Source: Phoronis australis (taxonomy: Eukaryota; Animalia; Phoronida). From it: a DNA stretch of 64,000 nt. The number at the start of each line of letters is the position of its first letter. Positions within the stretch are counted from its first letter, which is position 1. The stretch is taken from positions 124,001 through 188,000 of the forward strand of contig NMRA01000445.1 in NCBI GenBank assembly GCA_002633005.1, read 5' to 3'. The translations under genes and the position numbers were made by a program. Positions 1-12,527 of this stretch are shown one piece after another. The notes below the pieces were generated by a model. The model searched no databases. It had not been told where the DNA came from and was given only the letters and a program-made list of their open reading frames with translations.

Positions 1-339
1 ACTTTTTTAACTTCCCTCCCCTCGTCTTTTGGAAACCCTACAAAACGTCGGCACACATACCGAAATAAGGGCAGCACAAACTTCTCCCACGACTTTTCCC
101 ACAACTGCTTTCAACGCTTGTTATGACTCGCCGACAAGGGATTACAATGCGCCTGATGCCAGGAATTGTAGAGGTAGAATGGCGGCCATAACATACAGTG
201 ATACGGCGGATTAATAAGGTGAAGAATAAGAATATTTAAGATGAAAACTATTATCTCTGAACTGAAATTGAAGTGTGCTGAGATACGGTAAGAGGACTTA
301 TTTTTTAGATTTGCTGTGTTTCTTGGTTCCCTTTCGATA

Positions 340-648
340 TTTTGTTCTCTGGCTCGCGTATTTATTTTCGAGTACGATTTCAAGCACACTGCCATAGCAA
401 ACTTGAAATTCGAGCATAGACTCCGAATTTTTACTCAAAATCGTACTCGAAATATAGATGAGATACACTTCAGTTCGAGTACACTCGAAAACTGAGTACA
501 TGTACGTGCTCGAAACTTCGAGTACAGATTTTTCGAGTATGACATTGAATACACCAAAGCTGAGTCTGTACTCGAGTTGAGTATGAAGTGTGAGTTTGAG
601 CATGATTCGAGTCTGAGTACGGAGATTGGAGACCGGGCCCTGGTTCCC
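340..648. repeat. TCGA-rich non-autonomous DNA transposon (MITE) fragment; same terminus as 55415-55827
   Basis: Dense CTCGAA/TTCGAG motifs. It ends in AGATTGGAGACCGGGCCCTGGTTCCC (623-648), identical to 55805-55830. Left end not identified. Confidence 0.6.
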
Positions 649-843
649 ATTTGAATGCATTGTCGTTTTTTACAAAAAATCGTTTCCTTTTAAAGGCCTT
701 GCAAATACAATCAAACTTTAACTGCGTGACTTGTCATCTCAACTGTAATTACAGGCTTAGCCTAGATGACTATTGAGATTTAAATGTTCTTTAGTGGCAG
801 GCGATGACAATGCAACAGTTCTGCCAATCGTGTCACCTCGTCG

Positions 844-1745
844 TAGGCAATGACCATCGCCTCTGTTGGCCCGAACCAGAGGCGATGTAGAGGCTATAGG
901 CGCTCTGTACGCCGGAAGCTTTTCGGCGAATTATGCCTCGCACCAACTAAACCATCAAAGCCACGTTGTTATAACTACCTTTTGCGCATAGACGAACACC
1001 TTAGGAGGTTGTCGATGTGTTTAAGTTCTTCCAACTCGAACAAATACTCCCGTTATGAAACTTTTTCTTCGAGCAGTCCCTATTTCAGTTCCCAAAATCG
1101 TGAAATCAAAATTTTCATTTTTTTAACCAGGCCGAAGGTCAGAAGTTGCGGACCTACCGGCGAACTTTGAAAGCTGAAGTTCCCGCCCTTCGCGTACGTG
1201 CTGCCGGGAACCAGCCGTGCATTTGCCGTGTTGTTAAACATTAAAATGTCAAATATGTGCACAAAGACTATTAAATGTCATATCAACAGCATTTATTTTT
1301 ATCAAATACAAACAATGATTCATTGAAATACAATCAGTTTCAAGTAACGCCAATTAAAGACAAGTATAAGTGGTGGCATTTTGGAAACGAACATTTGACT
1401 GACAAGACCGCAATGGCTCACCTTTGGCCTATTTAAAGATTGAGGTCATGAATTGGAGCGTGCGCAGTATAAAAATGGTGAGTTCACGATTTTGGGAACT
1501 GAAATAGGGACTGCTCGAAGAAAAAGTTTCATAACGGGAGTATTTGTTCGAGTTGGAAGGAATTAAACACATCGACAACCTCCTAAGGTGTTCCTCTATG
1601 CGCAAAAGGTATTTATAACAACGTGACTTTGATGGTTTAGTCGGTGCGAGGCATAATTCGCCGAAAAGCTTCCGGCGTACAGAGCGGCTATATAGCCTCT
1701 ACATCGCCTCTGGTTCGGGCCAACAGAGGCGATGGTCATTGCCTA
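844..1745. mobile_element. Non-autonomous hAT-like foldback element with ~260-bp inverted arms
   Basis: 844-1104 is the near-perfect reverse complement of 1483-1745. Termini are TAGG...CCTA. Flanks CCTCGTCG (836-843) and CCTCTTCG (1746-1753) form a 7/8 match to an 8-bp TSD, the hAT hallmark. No transposase ORF. Confidence 0.85.
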
Positions 1746-1944
1746 CCTCTTCGCTCCCCCAGTCGACACTAGTACGAACAATCACGTCGCTGGTTTGAAC
1801 TGATTAAGAAAAAAAACATGGTCACTTCACTTATGCTGATAATGGTGAATTTTGCAATAAACGTCATTTTCTTGCGTAACTCTCCGCCTTTTCTAACAAT
1901 GAAAAGTATGTCGTCGTTTTGAAAACAGTACGCTCGTGTCACGC

Positions 1945-2357
1945 GCACGCGCATTTTCTAAATTTTGCGACATCTCTCGGGAGATGTTGATTGCTTGGCA
2001 GCAGCAAAATTTCTTCTGAAATTCGGTTTTCCGGTATCAAAATTCGAAAAACTTATAATGAAGTGAAACCAGTTCCGATAATTTGCTGTGGCGTGTACGC
2101 AAACTTGTGAAAGAAGAACAGTTGATTGAAGAATCGGAGAAAAAAGAAACTGGTCAACACGTGACGCAATAGGCGCCGAAAGCCGTCGCTAAAAATCGCT
2201 CCACAACTTTAGCAGCAGAATAACGGTAGAACGACATTTTTTCCAACTCCGTTAAATAATTTAGTTTACTCAAGGAAGACTGTAGTGTTTAATGACAGTA
2301 ATTTTGTGTCAGATTTTATCTTCCCACTTTTTTACCCACATCGGTGCAAAGCTGTAT
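1945..2357 (+). repeat. Dispersed repeat, copy A (copy B at 28301-28710, opposite strand)
   Basis: Colinear blocks shared with the reverse complement of 28301-28710, e.g. ACATCTCTC..GAGATG, TGAAACCAGTTCCGA, GAAAAAAGAAACTGG, GGCGCCGAAA, CTCCACAACTT, GTTTACTCAAGGA, TGCAAAGCT. Confidence 0.8.
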
Positions 2358-2553
2358 AATTAGTATACAGCTTTGTACCAAGGCTAACAATTATCTTGCA
2401 TTCGCACAAATGTGGAATAGAAAATGCCAAAAATCACTTCGACTAATGTAGTGCCAAACTACTGGATTAAACCAAAGTACTCAACCAAGGCTTACTAACA
2501 CTGCAAGAGATGAATATTGAAGCATTTAAGCTGATGTGTTTTCTTTTCCAGAA

Positions 2554-5500
2554 ATGCACAAGTGCCATCTAATCGTATTCATGTATGCGGGACTAAACGC
2601 ACTACGTAAGTAACCAGCCCTACCTCAGTACACGCTTTTTCGTATACTGGTTTCACCTATTCTTTTTGTTCACTTGCTAGAATTATCTCACTGGCTGAAT
2701 GGGAATAGAGACTGATGCCCAATGAGATCCGACCGCGAGATGTCCTGCGCCGACCGAATATGAATTATGTCAGATCTGATGAGCACGACATGTCCTGCGC
2801 CGACCGAGTATGCATTATGACAAATATGTGACTTAGATATATCAGACGTGCTTTAAGGATAAACAATTATCATTGCCGACGTTTTGGTGATGATTTACTT
2901 TCAGAAATCGTGTTGCCTCTCGTTTCCTTTTTCAGCTGTTTGTGATGCGGTTGGGTATTTCTGGGAAGATTGGGCGGCTTACTCCTCCTGTTCGAAGAAA
3001 TGCGGCGGGGGAGTACAGTTTCGCACGAGAAAATGCAGCAAGTTGGACGATGCCACGTGCCCAGCAATTGGTTACAAAGACAGTCGACTGTGTAACAGTC
3101 ACGCTTGCCAGAGTGAGTGAATAGTAATCTTACATGTATGTCATCAACACGTATTCAAAAGTCCATTCACCATTTTGGTATCAGTGATTATGGTTAAGCT
3201 CTACGGACTTAAGTAATAAATAAAACTTAGAGACGCCGACCAAGGGGGGTCTTTAATTATAATTAGCGTAATCGGCATAATAAGCGCCCATGCAATTTTA
3301 CACGTTGTTGTAATCTGTTAAGGCCAGCAGAAGGTGCACGGTATCTGCGTGCCAACTGCACTCAAATACTTCCATGTTGTGATTTCGCGCGACAGAAACA
3401 GGGTCTAGCAACGGCTTCAGACTGTTGGGATATGTTTTTCGTGGTAGGAGTGACAGTGTGTGGTTGGAGTGATCAGGGTGTAGCCCGTAATAAGGCATTG
3501 AGAAAGAAGTCCAATCACAAAAACACAACACACTCAGTTGTATTTTCTCAACTGAGATTTGGACAAGTGAGATTTAATTACTGTTCTCTTATTTTGTCAC
3601 TATTGCTGAAAAAGTCAATAATTAATGACATTTCAGTCAATGCGTTTTTTCTGCGAATCACAGGTGGTACTGACACTGACATTGCAGTTGGTAATAACGA
3701 GGGAAGGCATATTCAGTGGCAACGTCAGATTTTCCCGACAACGTTCGCCTTCACAACCTCTATTCTACATGTGCGGACTGTACTTGAAGACTTTCTCTAT
3801 TCATTTCTCGAAAAGGTATACAATACAACGGAAAATTCATCATGGCCGCCTAGCCAGTACAGTCCATGACTGTCTTTTCCGCCGCCGATTATTTCCGTTG
3901 GGATAATCATAATGAAAAGTCTAAAGCAACAATTCGCACACAATGGAAGTTCTGAAGGCAAAACTTTGTCGGGAAGTTCGATTCCATTAGGTAAAATATG
4001 TGCGACCGTCTTTGTGGCAAATTTACGTTAATGCGCGCGTGGCAACTGTAATTCAGGTACAAGGCACATGAATGAAAATGTCATCAATTATTCCTTTGTG
4101 TTCAGAAATAGAGACAAAAAGAGTGACTATGGAAAAATAAAAAGTATCCAGGCATAAGAATTACGTGCAATCAGAAAATGGTTAAAACTCATGGGCCAAC
4201 ATGTAATTATGATGTTTGACTTAGCACTGAAAAAATGGGCTCGTTTTACAAGCATGCATACACGAGTCCGCGGTTTCGAGCGTGACATTTAAGTACGTAT
4301 AGTAAACAAACCAAGCTAGCGCAATGTTAAAAGGAATGTTTAACATGACGTCGTTTTGAAGTCATTATGACGTTCTAGACCCACAGTGTGAAGGCGTCAT
4401 TCTTATTTCCGTGTCCAAATTGCGTTATCTACTGCTTTGACACGTCATCACCAAACGTCCGAATACAGAAGTATGGTAGAGTTTTCACTGCGTTTTGTCT
4501 TGCAATTAAATTCAGGGCTTGGAATGACCCATTACCAAAAAAAGGAAATTTTTACGGCCCTAAATACACATTTCAATCTAAACCATAACTCAACAGATTG
4601 AAAGTAAACATTATTATCACCAGATGCACTGTTACTGTGTCGTGTTGGCAAAACGCACTCATCTTAAGCAGTACCCGACACCTATTTCAGCAACAACAAT
4701 GAAAGCAATTAGATGCAACAAAAGATATTTTTTAAAATTAAAATAATAAATATAATGATGAAAATTTGAAGTTTGAGTAACAGGAGCTTATTCTTGATTT
4801 GCTGCAGGGAGACTTATGAAATTATTTTCAATTCTTATAGTTAAGATACAAAATTACAAAAAAGGAAAATCGATACAAAGATTATCTAGCAAGCCTGAAA
4901 TACATACACATTTAATTCCAACAAAAAATTAATTCCAACACAAATGGAAAAAAGTCGAGACGAAAACCTGTGGCTTATACCCCAACATACTTTAAACTAC
5001 AGAATGCATCAATCACAATCCTAAGTTGGCCAAACTGTTCAGTTTCAAACAGTAATTACAGGACTTAATTGTTCATAAGCCACGCTGGTGTAGAAGAAAC
5101 AATGTGACATAAGAAATAACTACCAGGACAATGAAACTAGGCTGGCGAAATTTGTAAACAATAGCTTAGACCAATCAGATATCATTCAGAATCTGTCACG
5201 TGATCACTTCTCTCGAACTGCAAAACTCGAGTCACAAAATAGAACACGAAAGTCAAAGTAAATTGAATTACATAAACGGCAATTTAACACACATTTGTAG
5301 TAACGAAAGTAGCACTTTGTATCCCGTTTCGGCGGCACGTAGAAAATCGCACTCAGGCGGTCAGCCCTAGCACTAGCAGCCAACGGCAACGGGCGTGCAT
5401 GTGGGATCAAACAAAAGAATTTCATGCATCACTCACATCCCACGATTCCAATCCAACAAACAATCGGTTACGGTTGAATTTCCTTTCAGGAAGCGTTATT

Positions 5501-8500
5501 ATTTCTTGAGTGTTTCATCCGATCGTTTTCAGTCGGTCCCGGCTCCGACTCTAACTTAGTCGAAGGCGACTCGGCCACGCACTCCGTCTCCTAATCGTTC
5601 CTCTCAGACTCTCAAAGTTTACAGAGAACAAACCTTGACTTATGTTATTTGTGAAGACATTGACCGTTTCTTTTACCCACTTTTTTCCAGAAAATATTCT
5701 GTCTACTCCACGCTCCACGCATTTTTGACCCAAGCACAGAATCGCACTATTTGTCACCGCGATTTTATACCAAATGCAGACGCCAACCACGCTATCCCGG
5801 GCACAGGTGCTTGAATTTATTTGTTCCTCGATTGCCACTGACGTCACTCACAACTAAGAAAACATGTTTCTTATTATGTGGTTACGAGTCATCGGGAAAT
5901 TCGAGCGCCTGTGATCTGCAATTACAATTTTCGAGCAGTTTCCGCTTTTCGAGTCGTCGGCAACGCCGGGGTGAGAAATCAATTTGCTGCGATACTTTTA
6001 TGGCAAATAAGATTTTTCCGCGGAAACATAACGAAAATACGCGGAGGGAATAAAAGAAAAAAGCGGAAATCCGTGTTTCCGCGGAAAATTCCAAGTCTTG
6101 CTTGCAATGCACACGTCACGTATGCGGCTTGAAGCTTTAATTCCACTTGACGCTGAAAATTTTACGACCAAAATAAAATGCGTCATTTCACATCAAAACT
6201 GCGACACAAGACCACACCAACTTCGGTTCTGTCTCGTATTTTTGTCCCTTTCACTTCTATCCTAATAGAAAGCGAGGCTCTGTATAAAAGCAAGAAAAGC
6301 AAACTTGAAAATTTCAGTTCCCTGCTGGCAAAACCCACAGCTGCTTGGGAATTTCTGGACTACAAGGTTACCGGAAATCGCGGCAGATACCTCAGTCGCT
6401 AGGCAGAAACACAACTATGAGGCCGTCATCTTGAAGAAAAAAATTATTGACAGACTAACTAGAAGACTTTTCCCAAACCTGGCGTACCCCAAATAGGGAC
6501 TGAAAAATTCCTCGCGACTCCAGCCTAACTGCACAGTGCCATCTATCGGGTTTAATATACTCTGCTGTGACGCTTGTGCGCATGCGTTATCCAACCCCAA
6601 CTCGTGTGTGTTGACCCTACCTCTGTTCCTACACCCCTCTCCACTCGGGGCTATACATAGCTGTGCTAACACTTTTCACGATACTAAAGTTTAATTAACC
6701 CAGCACACGTTAGTCCACGAAGTCATTGTTTGCTTCTCGAAAATTTTGTGCCGGGTTACGCACCATCAGTCTCAAACCCACTTAGGCTTTCTTTGTTCCC
6801 GGCGTTGCTGTACGTGTCACGAGGTTAACAATTGCTTCTCGGAAACCGTCAATCTGCACTTTGTTTTCGGCGTTTCAGAACGAGATGGTCACTGGTCAGC
6901 GTGGGCAAACCTCGGCTCTTGCAATGCAACATGCGGTTGGGGTTTCAGGAAATTGCAAAGATCTTGCTCAAACCCGGCGCCCGAGTACGGCGGTAAAGAA
7001 TGTTCTGGAAAGAATTTGACGATTGAGCGATGCCAGGTGGCGCGGTTGTGCCAAACAAATGGTGCGTAAGCTACTTCAAGAAGCACACGCCGCTTAATTT
7101 GCACTCGATTTGAGCGTAGTTGTGCTTGACCTTATTAAGTAAATCAAAGTTTACGCAAACTAATTGCTGGAAAATTATTTCCTGCTTCGAACTTCAGATC
7201 CTGTTTTTCTCAAGTCATCCCTGTTTCTGATCTTGTGTTTACACTCCTTAAAGCTGCAATTCGCCCTATTTGGTTAAATTAGACTTTTTACTCCAAGAAA
7301 ACCGGTGATTCTGTATTCATTCCCATATAGAACATCGAAACCTCCAGTGTAGCAAATAAAACGAGTTAAGCTTGATTAGGATTTGCTTAAGAATTCGAAA
7401 ATGGCACACGTACGCAATGCCTGTGATTTATGTTGGTAAAACACAATGTTGTCAGGTAAGTTAAAGTGCATTTTTTTCTACGCCGCACGCTACAAGATCT
7501 CACGGGCAATGTTGTTTTGTTAATGGCTAGAAGCCTAGTTTTTGTTGAAATCGGAAGGAAATGGCGCTGTGGTGGCCATTTTGCAAATTTTTGGTTTGCC
7601 AAGCCAGTCTCGAATTTAAGCTAAACACCAAATGGTGCTTTGGGTGACATTTTTTATTTGCCAAGCCCTAGCTCCGCTATCCTGGGTGGATTTTCTGGAA
7701 TTTACTGGTGTGGACCGCTTTAGAAGTATCGGAATTTTGCCATCCACTGTTCTCTAGCACTTACCGTTGTCCAGTTATTCGAGATTTCCGATGACTACGC
7801 CTCAATTAATTTAATTTCCGTACCGTATCTACGGCGTCCCATGACGGATCTTCTTGAAATTCGGCGTAAAGTGGATACCTGTCGATCTTCAAAAGCACTA
7901 TCTGCATTGTGCTATCAGTTTCACGCTCCAACTTATCGTTTTCGAGTTATTGAAATTTCAAGTTGGTCAGGTGAACGTTCTTTTACTGACCAATTCGTCG
8001 TTGCACTTCGGCTGGTCAAAATGACTCGCGACACAAGCCGCGTTTCTGGATCAACGTGGAATTTACACACTTCGCGTCTTTGGTGAAAAGCTCGAGCTAT
8101 GTTGTCTTTGGACGAATAGCCTTCTTGGAATAATCGCTTGGGACACTCTAATTTTGCGGTTGTTGAAGAGAATCTCAGAATTTTGTTGTGACTAAAGATA
8201 AGTCTTCCCAACACTGTAGTGCGTGATCAGTTTTTCACCACAACCCCCGTTCCTACGTTATTGGAGATTTTCTGATTTGGTGAGAGCCCTTTCATTGATT
8301 GATTCTTCAATGCTATTTTGTTGTTTTGACGCTGGTGACATGGGTGTCGGGATCGGTTGTTGCTGTTCTTGGTTTCGTCGTGAATCGCACTCAACAGGTT
8401 TTCATTCCTTTTATCCAAGTGTCTCGCCCCTAGGAGCACTTTCTGGTTACTGTTAATCGTCTGGTAAGTTTGTTTGTAGGATTACACGCTAAATTTTAAA

Positions 8501-11353
8501 CAGATTTGCTTAAAATTTGTTCAGGATTTCTACCATGATGATTATACATGTAGATATCTATGAATTTATTTTTTATTGGGAATCTGAGGAAAAACGGTCG
8601 AGTTGGGTGACAGCGTTCAAATGTTGAGTCTGATAGGTTTCCAAATGACCGGATGTAGCTAAGTTGACCTACGTGAACGGCTGTTTGGCAGGGAAACACC
8701 GGTATTAACTAAATAGAACTTATTGTCTAAACTATATGAGTAGGTATTTACTAAAATGTGTCTGAATTTCTGTGCAAAGTCGTCTTGATAAAATCGCAAT
8801 GGTTCTAAATAGGTTTAATCTGAAGCATCAACTTAACGCTGTTCGGGCAGCGCATTTACATGTAGTTAAGCTGCTGGTGATAAAGTCTCTTTTTTCCGGT
8901 ATCTTTCTTCATATCCAGACTGCTCTTTGGTGCTCAATTTTAAAAGGCACGGAACGCGAAAGCTCGTCAAACATATTTTTCAAACAACCATCTCGCAACG
9001 CCTACTACATGATCATCCAATTTCCCCTGTGAGGGAATTTCCAGAAAAAAATTGCAAAATTCACGATTTTTGAAATACGTGCGAAGGAAAAATTCTGTAA
9101 TCTCCCTGCCACTTAGATAAATGCGCGCATGCGCTCACAGTCATTCGACAAACATCTGACTGACAACTGAAATGGATATGAACGGCAGATTATCATGTTT
9201 GATCACACTATGTATCTGAGGTCGACGACACAATATGAGGCATACCAGTGAAGCAAGTAATTTTCCAAAAAACAATGCCAAGTGCACTTTAGAATATATT
9301 TCAATAGTACGATACATTTATAACTAATTTTAAACAGTTAGGACTTACATGAATTACCTCATAATCGATCTAGCTGCAGCTATTGTTTTGTTTTCATCAA
9401 AGGCCTTGCCGTGCCAAATAAGGAGACGTGGGAGAAAAATCGACGAAATAACGAGCAGTTAACTGGTCGCTTTTTGAAATTTGAAACTAAAAGGAAAAAG
9501 CTTTGACATCTACAGAAATTCAAAATCTTTACGAACAAACAATAAAAAACCCAATGAGGAGGTTGAATTCTGTTTCGGTGGCAGATAACCAGTCTGAATA
9601 ATGAAATTTAGTCTGTTTTTCGCGTTCCGGGCCTTTTTAATATACTTTCAATATTTTACGTGATAACATAGCAATAAAGATTTGAACGAATTACGAAAAG
9701 CGTTGCGTTTGTTCAGAGTTTTCATTAATGTGGTCATCACCGATGTCTTGGTCTGGGGTGAGACGTCAGTGTTCATGTTTTCGTTGTCAACCTATATTAT
9801 AACTTCTTCTTTCGAGTTCTCCACAGCGCATTCATTGTTGTTATTAGTCATAAAAACAGGGCGAATTGTAGCTTTTGAATTATAAAGCTATCACCTTTAC
9901 TGACTTACAAGGAAGTTGAGTATCGTTATGAAACACTTTTTCATTGACATGCCACTTTTTTAATGATAAAGTTATGGTGAACCTGGTTGCTTTTTGTAGA
10001 GTATGTAGCGCCATCTGGTGTTAGATCCCGAGTCCTCTCAAGAAAAGCATATTGGACCGAAAGTAAACTATACAATCACAAACTCATAACGTCTCGCACA
10101 AAACTTTCTTTCAGCGCCTAATAGCGCCGTTCTTGGACCCAACCCACTTAACCCCATTATCTTGACCCGAGTCATCCATCCATACGAAGGCGGCGCGTCG
10201 TTTGTACGTGGTGGATAAAAACGTTTTTTAGTTCCTAGTTGAAGATACCAAAAACGAAAGCGATTCGGTTAAAAATTCAACAATGACAACTAACCAGTGA
10301 GCGACAAAATGCAACTTCATATATTAAAAATTGGTGGTCATAGCCTCTTCAAAATGCTTCAGGCAAGATACTAACAATTTTATTTTATTTTGTTTTCTAG
10401 TGGAGCGTGAAACGAACGAGTTTACGCGCCGAACAGATGAGAAGCAGCAGAAAGTTATTAGCAACTTTTTCATCTTTGTTTTGGTTACGATTGTCTTGAC
10501 TGTTGGTGTTTGTCTAGTGTACAGACACCTGCGCAAGAAAGACATCCGTATGCTCTATCTGTCAGACCGTGACTACGACGACATCTTTGAACGCCCTTTG
10601 AACTACAACCCCGAGAAACCACGGAGGTCTTTGGATTACTATCTTTCGGTGTTGGAAGAAAGAAAAAACACTCAGAAAAACGAAACAAGTGCTCCTCCCA
10701 TCCGCGAGCACGAGACTGGAACCAGAGGCTCCATTGCTGCCAGGTTTGGCATTTCCTACGACAACATCAAGAGGCATGCGCAAAATGCCTGGGTTAAACT
10801 GAGCAGGCCCATACAGAGTCGCTCACACGTTATAAATCTGTCGAGGTTGATCCGTCACCGAAGCACGACCTCATCGCATAAACACGTGCATTTTCGCCAT
10901 ACCGTCTGTGAGTCAAAGGTCGACGAAGAAGCAGTCGATGGTAAGCTGGCAACTGATCACCGTATCGGTGATGAAGACAATGGAATAAAGAGAACGAGAA
11001 GTGACGGAAAAGAAGACGAATATTATTGTGCAGAAGATTGTTTGTCCTACACGCCCACGTCTGTCGACAAACTGAGCATGAATAAAGGAGACAGTGTGAT
11101 CGAAGGTGTTCCTATGGAAAATGTACCAAGTTCTTGCCAAGCAAGCAAATCATCTGAGCCATCGGATTTTCAGGGAAGTGGCTCAGACGAAACTACATTT
11201 GATGACGAATCCATCTTTGCTGACGTTCAGCCAACAATGTCCAACTCATCTATTGGTTTATTAGATTCGTCGACAGAGTTGGTGAGCAACGATGACAGAC
11301 CGTTGGCTGAATACGTCAATGACTCAGATTCGGGGTCCTTAGTATCGGAATGA
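2554..11353 (+). CDS. Type-I transmembrane protein with two thrombospondin type-1 (TSP1) repeats, ~454 aa
   Basis: Exons 2554-2605, 2936-3112, 6879-7061, 10401-11353. All introns are GT-AG and phase 1; total 1365 nt in frame. Signal-like N-terminus MHKCHLIVFMYAGLNALPVCDA. TSP1 motifs WEDW..YSSCSKKCGGGVQFRTRKC and WSAW..LGSCNATCGWGFRKLQRSCSNPAP. TM segment FFIFVLVTIVLTVGVCLVY followed by RHLRKK, then a long Ser/Asp-rich tail. Additional unseen exons are possible. Confidence 0.8.
2740..2819 (+). repeat. Short imperfect direct repeat (~30 bp x2)
   Basis: ATGTCCTGCGCCGACCGA[A/G]TATG[A/C]ATTATG occurs at ~2740 and ~2790 in intron 1 of the TSP1 gene. Confidence 0.8.
3585..4125. repeat. Old, diverged foldback (long inverted repeat) element
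   Basis: Colinear inverted matches centred near 3855: TTCCCGACAA.GTT.GCCTTCA (3732) vs 3950-3975; AATT.ATGACATTT (3620) vs 4075-4089; TTTTGTC.CTATT.CTGAA (3591) vs 4101-4120. Weaker matches suggest it extends to ~3400 and ~4385. Confidence 0.65.
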
Positions 11354-12387
11354 AATTGATCCAGAAGTTGCCTTTGGCATTTTTAAATGTGCTGTAAAGC
11401 CGGCCACCTCTTGTAAAAAACTAACCTTTGATTTAGGCCATTTATCATTCTAAAGCTTGTCTCAAGTTGCACCTTACTCAAAATAGACTATGACACGGTA
11501 CGTTTTACTGACGCGGAATTTGAAACCGGGGAGCACTGCTCAAGGGACTGCGGTTCAGAAATTCAGTGAACTTCTCTCTGGGTAAGATCTGCCTAATTGT
11601 TTAAGCTTTGAAACATGGTGACTGTAATAGTATCGTCTGTAAATATCCAAGATCAGCGGTTTATTAGAATCTGGCTTGTGGCGTCAAGTCAAAAGAAGCA
11701 AATTTGCTCAGAATCGGTAAGGGCAAAGAGTTGTGGCAGCCATTGTCATCACTGTTGCTTTGAAGGCTTCAGTAAATCATGGTGTGCATTAAATGTACGT
11801 GCAGCATTGTTTAGGTAATGCGATTATTACCCTGGGACATTTTAACGTTTAGTGAATAGTAAAATGTAGACCCCCTGTTGGCTACTAATGAGGTGTACTT
11901 TTCCTGGTTTCATAACGGTGATCTTAATAAAGACATGGCCCACATAAACCGCTACCTTTAACCCTTCCTAGTCCCACTGCATTTTTTCATTTTCTCTCAT
12001 TTCTCTAAGTTGGTATAAACGAGCGTTTCGTACAAATACCACGTATCTTCACGTGAAGAAAAGCATCGACTAAGGGTCGAATGTCAGTGTTTTTTTCTAT
12101 AATATAAATTATACGGGACTTAAGTGTTTTATTTGCTTCTACATTATGTAGTTTCACGGGTTGGTTTCATTGTGCTTAAAAGTCAGATGTCCACAACCAT
12201 TGCAGATACCCACAAATTTCTAACCCTGATATGACTCACGGACGGAGATTAGTCCTAGGGATCGTGATCGCTCTAACAACTAAAGAATGAGCTAGGGATT
12301 TTGTTGAAGTGCCGACAGTGAATTTATGATTGTTTTTGTCTTCTAGTTTTCATTGCTTAAACTGCTAATTAATAACATAAGTGCATT

Positions 12388-12527
12388 CATGGGCGGCAAA
12401 CCGTAGGGAACTGGGGGCCCTCTCTTATTTCAGTGCTGCCCCGCCCACGGGTCACATGGGCGGCACACCATAGGGGGCTGAGGGGGCTATATTCCCCCTC
12501 ACATATTTCAGTGCTGCGCCTCCCATG
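12388..12527. repeat. Dimer of a ~70-bp CATGGGCGG...CCGCCCATG micro-MITE
   Basis: Two tandem units with short TIRs and an internal GGGGGCTAT..CCCCC hairpin. Related dimers at 14719-14862 and 55055-55208. Confidence 0.7.

Noticed and set aside
4513-4897. CAGGGCTTG...CAAGCCTG as TIRs of a hAT MITE
   Set aside because: Only ~8 bp of imperfect match and no TSD.
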